A stretch of DNA of 64,000 nucleotides, from positions 51,398,001-51,462,000 of the forward strand of contig OZ024746.1 of NCBI GenBank assembly GCA_964016885.1, given 5' to 3'. A program made the position numbers and the translations under genes. The stretch is from Eledone cirrhosa (taxonomy: Eukaryota). The notes under the pieces are model-generated. The model saw only the letters and a list, made by a program, of their open reading frames with translations, did no database searches and had not been told where the DNA came from. Below, one piece after another: positions 1 through 12,050 of the stretch. The stretch's first letter is position 1, and every line of letters starts with the position of its first letter.

Positions 1-231
1 TGGTATGGTGGGGAGTAGAAAGGTTTGGTGGGGAGTAGAAAGGTTTGGTGAGGAGTATGATGGTATGGTGGTTAGTATGATGGTATAATGGTGTCATGAT
101 TACATGGACGGTCATATGAGACATGGCGAAAGGTGGCGTGAATGCATAAGGATTAATATGAGAATATGGTAAGTGAGATAATGGTATTGTGGATGGTATG
201 ATGAGATAGTGGTTAGTAGGATTGTGTAGCG

Positions 232-451
232 CAGGTATGACAAACATGCGGCCCTCAGGCCACATGAGGCCCTTTACAACCACACCTGCGGCCCTCGTAA
301 AAGTTTTTACAGCACGAGCATGTTTTATCTTCGTAATATAAAATTTAAAAACATTAGTTGTAATATACGTAATTAGTTGTCTTGTGCGGGCCTCAGACAA
401 CACATATGCGACCCATGTGGCCCTCGAGGGACCCTCAGCTTAACATGTCTG
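232..451. mobile_element. Non-autonomous hAT (Charlie-like) MITE, degraded
   Basis: Left end CAGGTATGACAAAC..GCGGCCC. Right end reverse-complements to CAGACATGTTAAGC..GGGTCCC. Flanking 8-mers GTGTAGCG / GCGTAGCA match at 6/8 and have a central TA, as in Charlie-type TSDs. Confidence 0.7.
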
Positions 452-721
452 GCGTAGCAGGTTGTAGAATGGTATGGTGGTTTTACCTAACATTTGAAGC
501 GTACGTATATGCTCTTTTCATAGCAAAGGCTTCAATTGAAAATCTGTAGTTTCATCTGCCTTAGGTTCATTTGAAACTTCATATAAACATTGCGTTCTAG
601 CATAAATATTTATTATTCATTTTATTATGTTGCCAAACGGATGCTTGTTATACATAATAGAACTGACTATTTCAGCGATTTTCTATACTTTATTTCTATG
701 AATAGCGAATTATAAGGGCAG

Positions 722-771
722 TTATTCTCTGATGAGATGAAATAATCGTTGAAATATCAGCATCAGAATAA
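722..771 (+). ncRNA. Type I hammerhead ribozyme motif
   Basis: TTATTCT-CTGATGA-GATGA(AATAA)TCGTT-GAAA-T..ATC-AGAATAA: 7-bp stem I, complete core, 5-bp stem II with GU pairs, AUC cleavage triplet. Confidence 0.7.
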
Positions 772-884
772 TCGCTTATGTTTGCGCTGTGAATTTGAAA
801 GTGTTTATATTTTGCATTGAACAGGCTTTCTGAAATTTAGACATTTATTAAATATTTCACACTGCTACGTATTTAACAATACTA

Positions 885-1151
885 ACACACACACATATAC
901 CCCCCCCCCCCACACACACACACATACACACACGTACACACACACACACGCACATACACACACGTACACACACACAAACACACGTACACACACATACACA
1001 CGCACATACACGCACACACACACCTACACGTACACACACACGTACACACACATGCACACGCACACGCACACGGACACGTACACGCACACATATGCACGCA
1101 CAAGCGTACATACACATAATAATGACAACAACAACAACTATAATAATAATA

Positions 1152-1193
<42 letters not shown>
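885..1193. repeat. (CA)n then (CAA/TAA)n microsatellites
   Basis: Direct inspection. Confidence 0.95.
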
Positions 1194-1197
<4 letters not shown>

Positions 1198-4100
1198 CAA
1201 AAACTAAGTCAGACATTCGAATACTACATTACAATGAAACTTATGCTTATTCATTTTTGGGGCCCTTTCTGCCCGTGTGTTTGTTTGTTTATGTGTGTCC
1301 GTATACAGCGTGGTGATAATGCCACACAAGGGCCAAGTGGGATGGCGGATCCACAGATGGCTATGTAAACATACATTCGCCAATCCTCGATAAGAGTGTT
1401 TAAATATCGAACATAAACAGTTCGAATAACGGTGAAATGGAGACTAGAACGTCATGTGACAGACTCTCACCCAACAGGTGCCCCCTGGCTCAGCAGCAGG
1501 AACCTGACTGTCAACCAAATACTGCTGATGTTGGAGGAAGAAGAAGAAGGAAAGGGGCCAGAACCAACTGGACGAAAGAATTGAATAGAACTGTTATGCA
1601 ATGCTACCTGAAAAGTAACCCCAAGGAGAGGGGCTACAGGAGACGGATGCATAACATCTGGAACGAGATTGGTTTATTTAAATTAGATGAACAAAAATTG
1701 GCCGGGCAGGCTCGGGTAATAAGAACTAATGGGTGGATAAGCGAGCTGGAACTGGAGGAACTGAGCAGAGAGAATGGCTTGGAGATGGCGGGTGTAGTAT
1801 GCCAGACAAGCGAGCCGGCGGGAAATGAAGGTGAGGAGGTCCTGAGAACGGAGGAACCACCCGAAGCAGACAATGATCTGAATACTGAGATAAATAATAC
1901 CTGGAACAGAGATACGGCCACTGAGGAGATGAATGCTGACGGGCTAGGACAAGATTCGGTTGACATCCTAAATTTAGTGGTAGATGAGTTGAACAATGAT
2001 AGTGGGAGACCTATGAACCTAAGATTTGTAGACAGGAAAAAGTTAAAAGAAACAACAGCTAAGGTAAACAAAGTCATCCCATACCTTGAGGCGAGGAGTC
2101 TTCACCAGTGCAACAATATCCTCAAAGCAACAGCAAATACGGTGAGGAAACTACTTGGTATAAAAGCGAGAGGAAACAACAGACAAGAAAGAGCAGAGCC
2201 GTGGTGGAAGAAGCGACTGAGTGGGCAAATCGGGGAAATGAGAAATGACATAGGAAAGCTTGAGTCACTACTGAATGGGACACTAAAAAACATAGGCACT
2301 AAAAATAGACTGGAAATAAAATACAAAACTAGGAGTAAAAAGCTAAATATTATCATAGAGGAATTGAAGCAACGCATTGTAGCAAAGAGTGCCAAAATCA
2401 GGCGATACGAGAACAGAGTCAGTCAGTATAAACAGAACCGCATGTTCGACAACAACCAGAAGATGCTGTTTGGACAGCTTGAGGGGAAAGAAAGAGGCAA
2501 CGACTTGATCCCTGGGGCGGAACAAGCTAAAACATTCTGGAGAGGAATATGGGAGCAGGATGTTAGACACAATGCCCAGGCAGGGTGGATTGAGACAGTA
2601 CAGAGGGAGATCGGTGAGCAGGCACAACAACAGACGGATTTGAGTATCACAGTTGAAACTCTTAAGGGGCAAGCCAAAAAACTAACCAACTGGAAATCAC
2701 CAGGCCCAGATGGTGTGCAGGGGTATTGGATTAAACATTTAACATCCCTCCACCCGAAGCTGACGGCCATGTTCAATGACTGCTTGGTGTCGGGTGAGGT
2801 GCCAGAGTGGTTGACAAAAGGTACCACAGTTCTGATAATGAAAGACCGAAGCAAGGGTAATGATGTTACCAACTATAGACCTATCACATGTCTGCCCGTA
2901 ATGTGGAAACTGTTGACGAGCATTGTGTCTGAGGAAATCTGCCATCACCTCCACACAAACAACTTGTTACCGGACGAACAGAAAGGATGCCGAAAGAAGT
3001 CACGTGGTACAAAGGACCAGTTGCTTATTGATAAGATGGTAATGGGGAATTGCAGGAGGAGACACACTGATCTTGCCATGGGATGGATAGACTACAGAAA
3101 GGCATTTGACATGGTGCCTCATTCCTGGATCACCAAAAGCCTGGAGATCTTCAGGGTGGCAGATAACATCAGACAGTTGCTGGGCAGGAGTATGGGGTCC
3201 TGGGAGACAGAGTTGACATCAACTGGAGTATCCTTGGGAAGCGTGAGGATCAAGAGAGGTATCTTCCAGGGAGATAGCCTGTCCCCTCTGTTGTTTGTCC
3301 TTGCCCTGATGCCCTTGACCATTATGCTGCGAAAAGTGAGAGCAGGATACAAGTTGGGAAGGGGAGAGCTTACCATCAATCACCTCCTCTTCATGGACGA
3401 TCTTAAGCTCTTCGGGAAAAGTGAGAAGGAGTTGGATGTGCTTGTTGACACTGTCCGTATTTTCAGCAGTGATATATGTATGCAGTTTGGTATTGGTAAA
3501 TGTGGAGTCATTGTGATGAGGAGGGGTAGGTTGAGCAGAAGTAACGGGATCCAGATACCAACAGGTGAGATGATAAAGGAAATTGACTCTGAGGAAGGAT
3601 ACAAGTATTTGGGCGTTCTGGAGGCTGATGGCATAAAGAACAAAAAAATGAAGGAATTGTTAAGAACTGAATACATTCGGAGAGTAAGGAGCGTATTGAA
3701 GTCACATCTGAACAGCAGAAATGCCATAAGCGCAGTAAATTCCCGAGCTGTGTCTATTATTAGGTACAGTGCGGGAATTCTGAGATGGAATGTTGCTGAA
3801 CAAAAAGAAATGGATAGGAAGACTAGGAAGCTATTGACTATCTACAACATGTTCCACAAGAGGAGTGATGTCGATAGACTCTACCTAAGGAGATCTGAGG
3901 GTGGAAGAGGTCTTATCAGCACAGAGGACTGTGTTCAGATGGAGAAAAACAACCTATACAAATACGTGACCTATAGTAAGGAGCCAATGCTCAGAGCTGT
4001 ACTGAAGGAGGGGACAGTAGGCCAGGGGATATCCAAGGAGGAAATAACATCAAGGAGGAAGAGCAGCCTTAAGGGAAAATCCCTTCATAGTACCTTCTTT

Positions 4101-4936
4101 GAGAAAACTGAATTTAGAGATCCACAGACATGGAACTGGTTGAGAAGAGGAGACCTCAAAAAGGCTACAGAAGGAATGCTAATGGCTGCGCAGGAGCAGG
4201 CCCTCAAAACGAAGTGGTTGAAGCACCATATCTACAAGGAGGAGGCTAGCCCACTGTGCAGGATCTGTGGAGAGAGAGAGGAGACTGTGGCCCACATTGT
4301 GTCCGAGTGTAAACACCTAGCCCAGACCCACTATAAGGGCTGGAGACACGATGTGATGGGCAGGGTGATCCACTGGCACCTGTGCAAAGTAAACAATCTA
4401 CCACATTCTGAGAAATGGTATGAGCATAGGCCAGAGGCGGTGATGGAGAACAGTCAGGTGAAGGTGCTGTGGGATTTTAGGATACAGACGGACAAAAAAC
4501 TGGAACACAATAGACCTGACCTGGTGGTTGTGGACAAAGAAAAAAGATCGTGCCTGATTGTGGATGTGGCCTGCCCGTTCGACACGAGAGTGCAAGAGAA
4601 GGAGAGGGAGAAAATTAACCGATACCAGGACCTAAAGTGGGAGGTGAAAAGGATTTGGAACTGCCATGAAGTCAAAGTGATCCCGATTGTCATAGGCGCA
4701 CTGGGGACTATCTCCAAAGGTTTCCAGGGATGGTTAAAGAAAATCGGCCCCTTCACGCTTTTTGGAACGCTTCAAAAGGCATGCTTGCTTGGAACGGCAA
4801 GAACCCTCCGATACGTCCTGAATATCTGAGGCTGCAGGTAGTGGCTTGATATTCAATCCAACGGACTTTCCAGTTAACCAACATCAATGACTGAGATTCA
4901 AGGAATAACAATAACAATAATAATAATAATAATAAT
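1194..4936 (+). mobile_element. R4/Dong-clade non-LTR retrotransposon, apparently full length (copy 1)
   Basis: Single RT+RLE ORF with a ~240-bp 5' UTR and short 3' UTR, flanked on both sides by (TAA)n, the established Dong target. Confidence 0.9.
1437..4829 (+). CDS. Reverse transcriptase + restriction-like endonuclease polyprotein (R4/Dong), intact 1130 aa
   Basis: Motifs KSPGPDG, NYRPIT, DYRKAFDMVPH, IFQGDSLSP, LFMDDLKL; CCHC finger CRICGEREETVAHIVSEC; RHD; RPD..D..K nuclease; IVIGALG. Confidence 0.95.
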   Translation: METRTSCDRLSPNRCPLAQQQEPDCQPNTADVGGRRRRKGARTNWTKELNRTVMQCYLKSNPKERGYRRRMHNIWNEIGLFKLDEQKLAGQARVIRTNGWISELELEELSRENGLEMAGVVCQTSEPAGNEGEEVLRTEEPPEADNDLNTEINNTWNRDTATEEMNADGLGQDSVDILNLVVDELNNDSGRPMNLRFVDRKKLKETTAKVNKVIPYLEARSLHQCNNILKATANTVRKLLGIKARGNNRQERAEPWWKKRLSGQIGEMRNDIGKLESLLNGTLKNIGTKNRLEIKYKTRSKKLNIIIEELKQRIVAKSAKIRRYENRVSQYKQNRMFDNNQKMLFGQLEGKERGNDLIPGAEQAKTFWRGIWEQDVRHNAQAGWIETVQREIGEQAQQQTDLSITVETLKGQAKKLTNWKSPGPDGVQGYWIKHLTSLHPKLTAMFNDCLVSGEVPEWLTKGTTVLIMKDRSKGNDVTNYRPITCLPVMWKLLTSIVSEEICHHLHTNNLLPDEQKGCRKKSRGTKDQLLIDKMVMGNCRRRHTDLAMGWIDYRKAFDMVPHSWITKSLEIFRVADNIRQLLGRSMGSWETELTSTGVSLGSVRIKRGIFQGDSLSPLLFVLALMPLTIMLRKVRAGYKLGRGELTINHLLFMDDLKLFGKSEKELDVLVDTVRIFSSDICMQFGIGKCGVIVMRRGRLSRSNGIQIPTGEMIKEIDSEEGYKYLGVLEADGIKNKKMKELLRTEYIRRVRSVLKSHLNSRNAISAVNSRAVSIIRYSAGILRWNVAEQKEMDRKTRKLLTIYNMFHKRSDVDRLYLRRSEGGRGLISTEDCVQMEKNNLYKYVTYSKEPMLRAVLKEGTVGQGISKEEITSRRKSSLKGKSLHSTFFEKTEFRDPQTWNWLRRGDLKKATEGMLMAAQEQALKTKWLKHHIYKEEASPLCRICGEREETVAHIVSECKHLAQTHYKGWRHDVMGRVIHWHLCKVNNLPHSEKWYEHRPEAVMENSQVKVLWDFRIQTDKKLEHNRPDLVVVDKEKRSCLIVDVACPFDTRVQEKEREKINRYQDLKWEVKRIWNCHEVKVIPIVIGALGTISKGFQGWLKKIGPFTLFGTLQKACLLGTARTLRYVLNI

Positions 4937-5013
4937 GATTTCTTTATTAACCACAAGGGTTTACATAAAGTAGACATTAAGGACAGTGCAGGACAATACA
5001 GGACGGTACAAAT
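4937..5013 (-). mobile_element. Short 3'-end fragment of a Tx1-related element
   Basis: TTTCTTTATTAACCACAAGGG resembles the Tx1 3' terminus at 15281 (TTTCTTTATTAGCCACAGGGG). AATAAA lies on the minus strand next to the repeat. Confidence 0.5.
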
Positions 5014-5059
5014 GATTACCCCTTGGCGGATAAGGATAAAACGCGACAAAATAAAGTAA

Positions 5060-8000
5060 ATGTCTAATGATAAAACCTCATACCGGATCGGCCATCACCC
5101 GGGTAAAAAAGGGCCGCGTCCCTCAGAGAGGAACCAGACTGGGGTCGAAAAATCAGCTAATGGTTCAAACCTTCCCATCACTTCGGAGCTGGAGACCTCC
5201 CATAACCGGAATACTCCTACTGTTGGCCCTCCATGCTCACCACCAAGAAATCCAAAGAAAAAGAGAGAAAAATGGTCAAGGGAAGATAATAAAGAAGTCC
5301 TTGAGGCTTTCTACACTGCCATGTACTACCCATCAAATACATCGAATACAGAACAGACATATATCAACTGGAAAAAGAAACATCCCAAAAACAGAGGCTA
5401 TATTGACAGTAACAAACTAGCCAATATACGAAGAAAAAAGATACTAACTGATATAGAAATTGATCAGATCAAGCTATTAGCACAAAGTCAGCGAAGGGAA
5501 AATGAAACATGTGTCAGTGAAAACGAGGTAAATTGTAACACTTCGAATCCCAGGGTTGGGGCGGAATCACTGGCAACAGAACAAATTAAGGAAAGGATCG
5601 AAAAAGTGGAGGGAGTGCATGCTCAGGATGAAACTCCAAATGAAAATAATGAGATCGTAAATGATAAAGAAATGAATGAGAATGAACTTGCCAACTTGAA
5701 GAATGAAATTATGATCGAATGGATGAAAATGAAAGAATCTGACATGGGGCAACGAGACACCCTCCCTAAGATCCAGAACTCCAAACAGAACCAAAAGATA
5801 ATACACAAGACTAACATAATTCTCAAAAACATTATCATCACAAACAAACTAAACATTACTGATTTAAATCATCTCTATTATGCATCGGCTAAAGTCACCA
5901 CTCACTTATGTGGAGTGAAGATGAAAAAACAAAGGAATTCCCACAAGAAATCTACTTGGCAAGAGAACATCAATCGCCAAATAAACCTTCTCCGATCTGA
6001 CATAGAAATTTTAACAAACTATAAAGTAGGTGAACATGTTAAACAAACTAAACTTAGAAAATTGAAAAAAAAGTACAGTATAAAATCAACATGTGACATA
6101 GACATGCTGATAGAATTAATCAAGCAAAAAGTGTCGGCCAAAGCTGCTCGTATAAGGCGCTTTGAAAAACGATCTAGATTCTATAAGGACAATAATATGT
6201 TCAAAAACAACCAAAGAAACTTCTACAGAAAAATTGGTAAGTCAACAATAACTGCTAAATCAATACCACCCAAGGAGGAAGTGCAAGAATTCTGGGAAAA
6301 GATCTGGGCCGAAGAAAAAGTTCATAACATACATGCCCCATGGATAGACAGACAAATGAAAGATACAGCTCACCTTGAGGAACAAACATGGGAAAATATA
6401 ACAGTTGAACAGTTGCGCTTGGCTCTAAGAAAAACCAGCAAATGGAAATCCCCAGGAAAAGACAAAATACAAAACTTTTGGATAAATGCCTTCACAGAGT
6501 CTCATGAGCTGTTAGCCCAACTTTACAATGAAATAGTTAAGGAGCCAGAAAAGATACCTTCATGGCTAGTTAACGGCATTACATTCCTGCTTCCGAAGAA
6601 TGATGAGACAAACAATCCCAAAAATTACAGACCGATAACTTGCTTGACCACAATGTATAAAATTTTAACATCAGTCCTAACTGAGTACACATATGACCAC
6701 CTGATAACAAATGACCTATTTCCCATTGAGCAGAAAGGGTGTAAACGAGGCTCATATGGCTGTAAGGATCAGCTTCTGGTTAACAAAATGATACTGGAAG
6801 ATTGTCATAATAAACACAAAAATCTATCGATTGCTTGGATAGATTTTAAAAAAGCATTCGATAGTTTGCCACACAGTTGGATTGAAAAATGTTTAGAGAT
6901 TTTCAAAATATCCCCCGTTGTCAGGAGGTTTTTGTCATTCAGTATGAAGACATGGAAAACGACACTCCTTTTGAATAGTGAAACAAAATCACTGGAAGCT
7001 GGAGAAGTTAATATTAATTGTAGAATTTTTCAGGGTGACTCTTTATCACCGCTTTTATTCTGCATCGCACTTATACCATTAAGTAAAATGCTCAATGAAA
7101 CAAAACATGGATATAAAGTCTATGACAAAACCATTAATCACCTGTTCTACATGGATGACCTGAAACTATTTGCAAAAAATGATAAACAATTGCAAGGGCT
7201 ATTATCCACTGTGAAGCAGTTCAGTGATGACATTAAAATGGAGTTTGGACTAGATAAATGCGCCAAAGCAATGTTCACCAGAGGAAAGCTGCTGAAGAGT
7301 TCAGACATTAATCTTGATCGGGGGAACGTGATAAGAGAACTTGATCAAGAAGAAACTTACAAATATCTAGGTGTTTGTGAAGGAGACGGAATCAAGAACT
7401 CGACAATGAGGGAAAGGATAAGGAAGGAATGTTACCGCAGAGTAAGAGCAATCTTAAGAACGGAATTGAATGCAAGGAATAGGATCGATGCCATAAACAC
7501 GCTTGCCATACCAGTAGTAACCTACAGTTACAATGTCATCAACTGGTCAAGCACAGAGATCCGTAGGCTCGATACAAAAATTCGAAAATTCTTAACCATG
7601 CACAGAATGCATCACCCTAAGGCAGATATAGATAGAATATATCTCCCTAGGAAAGAAGGAGGACGTGGGTTAGTCCAGTTAGACATTGCGTTGAAAACTG
7701 CAACAATTGGATTATCTACATATCTAAGGGAATCACATGATTGGATGATCAAACTCGTTTTGAAACACGAAAGCATCAAATGATCATATTCCATTGCAAA
7801 AGATGCACAAAGATACAATAATGGACTACAAATTTCAGAAGTCCCATTTACTGCTGAAATGGAAAACACAGAAAAAGCAAAGCAGGTAAAAGTAACTGCA
7901 AAGAAAGAACTGCTACAGAAACTGGCTAAGAAATGGCAAGAAAAGCCTCTGTATGGAAAATACCCAGAACGAGCTAACAATCCTGATGTTGACAAAACTT

Positions 8001-8698
8001 TAACCCATCAGTGGTTGGCATCCTCTGGACTGAAATCGGAGACTGAAGGACTGATTATATCAGCACAAGATCAGTGTCTGCCAACAAAAAATTACCAAGC
8101 CAACATAATAAAAAATGGATGCAGCCCATTATGCCGTGTATGCAAAAAACAACCAGAGACCATTGACCATATAATTTCAATGTGCAGTCCTATAGCTCCA
8201 ACCGAATACCTAAACAGGCATGACAGAGCTGCACAATACATACATTGGATAATGTGTAAGCATTTTGACCTGCCCCATCAAAAGAATTGGTGGGAGCATC
8301 AACCACCTCCCATACTTGAAAAAGATCACATCTCAATCTTGTGGAACTTTAGCATCCAAACAGACCGAAAAATAGATGCAAATAGACCTGATATAATATT
8401 GAAGGACTTTAAAAAGAGGGTATGCCTGCTAATTGATATGTCCGTTCCAATAGACAAGAATGTATCTATAAAAACATTTGAAAAATTGAGCAAGTATAAG
8501 GACCTGGAGATAGAAATTGGAAAAATGTGGAAATTGAGAACTAAAACAATATCAGTGGTTGTAGGCGCTCTGGGAATGATACCTAAGGGGTCTAATGATT
8601 ACTTATCGCAAATCCCAGGAAACCCGCGTATAGGAGAAATACAAAAGATAGTACTAATGGGAACTGCCCATATACTAAGGAAGATTCTGTCAATATAA
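5060..8698 (+). pseudogene. R4/Dong RT+RLE ORF (copy 2, different family) with one in-frame stop at 7781-7783
   Basis: ORFs 5060-7783 and 7859-8698 are in the same frame. Motifs IFQGDSLSP, FYMDDLKL, CRVCKKQPETIDHIISMC, RHD, RPD. The 3' UTR runs to ~8842, followed by (TAA)n. Confidence 0.93.
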
Positions 8699-8841
8699 GT
8701 ACATCACATGTCTAAACACTAAAGATGCATGTGTGAGTATGTATGTTCTTTCTTGAACATGGCGGACCTTGTTGTCTCTTGAGGTCACTGGTTGTGACTT
8801 GGTGATAACTCGTATGAACATAAAGCAAGATAAATGCAACT

Positions 8842-8877
<36 letters not shown>

Positions 8878-8903
8878 GTAACAATAATAATAACAACAAT
8901 AAT

Positions 8904-10583
8904 AGTGGTTATACAAGAGGAGGGTACCAGTTGGATGATGAATCGTTTGCATTACAAAGGCGGCTTGTTGATTTGATGAATGCCTCTGAAGAAAAAAACT
9001 CGGTGAATATGAAAAGAGTAGATAGGAGTATGATGAATGAAATTACAAACAAGATAAAGGTTATAAAGTATATAAGGCAAACAAGAAACCTTATCCGAAC
9101 TATTGCACTACTTGTTGAGGAAACATTACATCTAACGAAAAACAAAGCAGAGTATGGTAAAAGAACCATGGTGGAAACGATGCATTGAAAATGACATAAT
9201 GTGGTTAAGGCAAGATCTAAGTAAAATTGAGCAACGGTTTAGAGCAGGCATGGGCAACCTCTTTCGAGAAGCGGGCCGCATGAGATATGTCTCATCATCA
9301 GGCGGGCAACAAGCGCTAATTTACATTCGTGCTCACATTAAAAAAAGGGCGGTAACTCGGGTTGTTTTGATTTGTTTCTTCAGAATTCGGTACTAATTTT
9401 TAATTAAGTTTTATTAAGAACACTTTATCTCGCAGAACCATCTTTAGGAAACATTGATATAGACCAGGCATGGGCAACCTTTTTCGAGAAGCGGGCCGCA
9501 TGAAATATGGCTCATCATTAGGCGGGTCGCAAACGCTAATTTACATTCGTACCCACATAAAAATGGCGATAACTAGGGTTGTTTTGATTTGTTTCTTCGG
9601 AATTCGTACACGTTGTTTTCCTCGATCGTAAACATGATATAAAGATAAATTACGATTGAAAAGTTGGGGTAAAAAATCAGAAATATTTCCCTTAAGTGAC
9701 TTAGGCGAGCCATTCAGAGAGCTTCGCGCGCCGCAGTTTGCCCATGACTGGTTTAGAGGAAAATGGATATATTAGACAAGAAATATAAAATATGGAAGAA
9801 CGGATTCAATATAGTAATAGAACAATTAAAGTCAAAAGATAAGAAAATATGTGTTCAGAAATCCGCAGACACGGAACTGGTTAAAGAAAGCTACAGAGGG
9901 AATGCTACTGGTTACACAAGAGCAAGACCTTAGAATAAAGTAGATAAAACACCCTATTGACAGGGAGGAGGCTAGCTCTCTCTCTCTCTAGAGAAAGAGG
10001 GGGGGGGAGGGAATTTTGGCTCACAACGTATCCGAGTGTAAACACCTAGTCCAGACTCACTATAAAGGATAAAAGCATGATACCACAGGAAAAGTGATTT
10101 GCTGGCATTTATGCAAACTGAACAGATTTCTTCATTCTGAGAAATGGTATGAGCATAAGCCAGGGTGATATTTTAGGATAAAACAGACAAAGAATTATAA
10201 CACAATAGGCCTTGTGGTTTTTGACAAGGAAAAAGATCTTGGTTGATAATAGATGTAATTTTCCCCTTAGACACAAGAGGGTAAGAAAAGGAGAAAGAAA
10301 AAATTAACCGGTTCCAGGATCTAAATTGGAAATTGAAAAGGATTTGGGATTGACATGAGATCAAGGTCATCCCCATCGTCATAGGAGCACTAGGTAATAT
10401 CTCGAAGAGTTTCCAAGGCTGGTTAAAGAAAATTAGCCCAGCCCCCTTTTTGGAACACTCCAAAAGGCTTGTCTACCGGGAACAACAAGGACCCTCCGAT
10501 ATGTCCTGAATATCTGAGGTTGCAGGTAGCGGCTTGATGTTCATCAAGGCAAATTTTCAGGTTAAATAATACCAATGACAGAG
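8904..10583 (+). mobile_element. Degraded, internally deleted R4/Dong element (copy 3, related to copy 1)
   Basis: EPWWKR remnant at ~9165 and RLE remnants at 9870-10517. 3' UTR TATCTGAGGTTGCAGGTAGCGGCTTGAT matches the copy 1 3' UTR. Confidence 0.85.
9245..9750. mobile_element. hAT (Charlie-like) MITE with perfect 8-bp TSD and a duplicated left end
   Basis: TIRs CAGGCATGGGCAA / TTGCCCATGACTG. TSD GTTTAGAG at 9237-9244 and 9751-9758. A second left end starts at 9465. Confidence 0.92.
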
Positions 10584-10589
10584 ATATGA

Positions 10590-10686
10590 AATTACTACTA
10601 CTACTACTACCACTACCACCACCACCACCACCACCACTATTACTACTACTACTATCACAACATCCACCACCACCACCACCACCACC

Positions 10687-10766
<80 letters not shown>

Positions 10767-10818
10767 CACTACTACTACTACTACTGCTGCTGCTGCAGCT
10801 ACCACCACCACCACCACC

Positions 10819-10852
<34 letters not shown>

Positions 10853-10868
10853 TTACTACTACTACTAA
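10590..10868. repeat. Compound trinucleotide microsatellite (ACT/ACC/ACA)n
   Basis: Direct inspection. Confidence 0.95.
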
Positions 10869-11118
10869 CCGATACAAATACAAACAAAAAGGAATACGAG
10901 GAGAGATGTGTTGGAAAAAGAAACCCTAAAGACGAAACTCACGGCTACAAGAAGGTAAAACTGGATATAATCCAAGAACTCCGAACAATAGATCTGCCTA
11001 TGGACCAAAGAAAACACCTCCCAAAGATAAAGATTAGTAATGAAATAACAACAATTATTAAAAACCCCATTATAAACTTAATAAACATGAATAAAAACAT
11101 TAGTATTACAAGGCTAAA

Positions 11119-11242
11119 TCTACTTATATATATAACCAGAAATTTCTCTGTCTGTCTGTCCGACAGTGGAAACACGCGCGTAGAGAGAGAGTGAGAGTGA
11201 AATAAAGAGACAGACTACGAGAGGGGGATAGCGGGAGGGAGA

Positions 11243-11301
<59 letters not shown>

Positions 11302-12050
11302 TAGACGCTAAAACACGTGCTACAGAAACATTACCTTCCCCACTCCACTGACTTTGGTCACTGAGGCCGAGGGAATCGCTGGTTGCTATAGAGATACCTT
11401 GCACAAGCCAGAAGTAACCAGTTCGAGGCGGTTCTGACTTGACACCATGCGAAGAAGGTTGCCATTGAATTTGTGGTTTGAAGAAGGTTGCCATTGAATT
11501 TGTGGTTGTTGCTGCTGATGAGGTAATTTATTAATCAGATTGCGCAGTTCCATAACCTACGTTTGATTTGTTCAATTTTTTTTGTTGTTTTTTTTAAATT
11601 TCTTATTGAAAAAATATAAATAATAAAATAAGGTTAGAAATTTAAATACAATTAAATACGATTTAATTTCCATTTCCAGCAGCCAATGTCCAGTGTTCAA
11701 TTTCATGAAAAAATTGGAAATAATTCAAAAAATTGAAGTTTAACTTTTGAACATTTGTTTTGACAATAAAAAAATATTTCTTTATTCACAACTAATGGTA
11801 TGATTAAAATTTCATAGGAATATTTTTTTCTAACCGCCAGTTATTTATTTTCTCCTTTTTCGTTTTAACATATATTTATTTCAAAGATTTCACCGTATAG
11901 ATAACATATATATTTATACATGCATAAAAGGCACACCGAGAGACGGTGAACATGTGGTGCCGAAAACATTTCTCATCCAAATCTCAACAATATCAGTATA
12001 TACACTAGATTTGCTTGCAGAAAACCGCCCACCGCGTGGTTTTCTGCTAG
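11119..12050 (+). mobile_element. Non-autonomous Helitron
   Basis: 5' TC follows an A (TCTACTTATATATATAA). 3' hairpin GCAGAAAACC..GGTTTTCTGC, ending in CTAG. Confidence 0.8.

Noticed and set aside
7781-7783. TGA as selenocysteine or programmed readthrough
   Set aside because: Not at a conserved Cys, and copy 1 is open across this region. A simple nonsense mutation or sequencing error is more likely.
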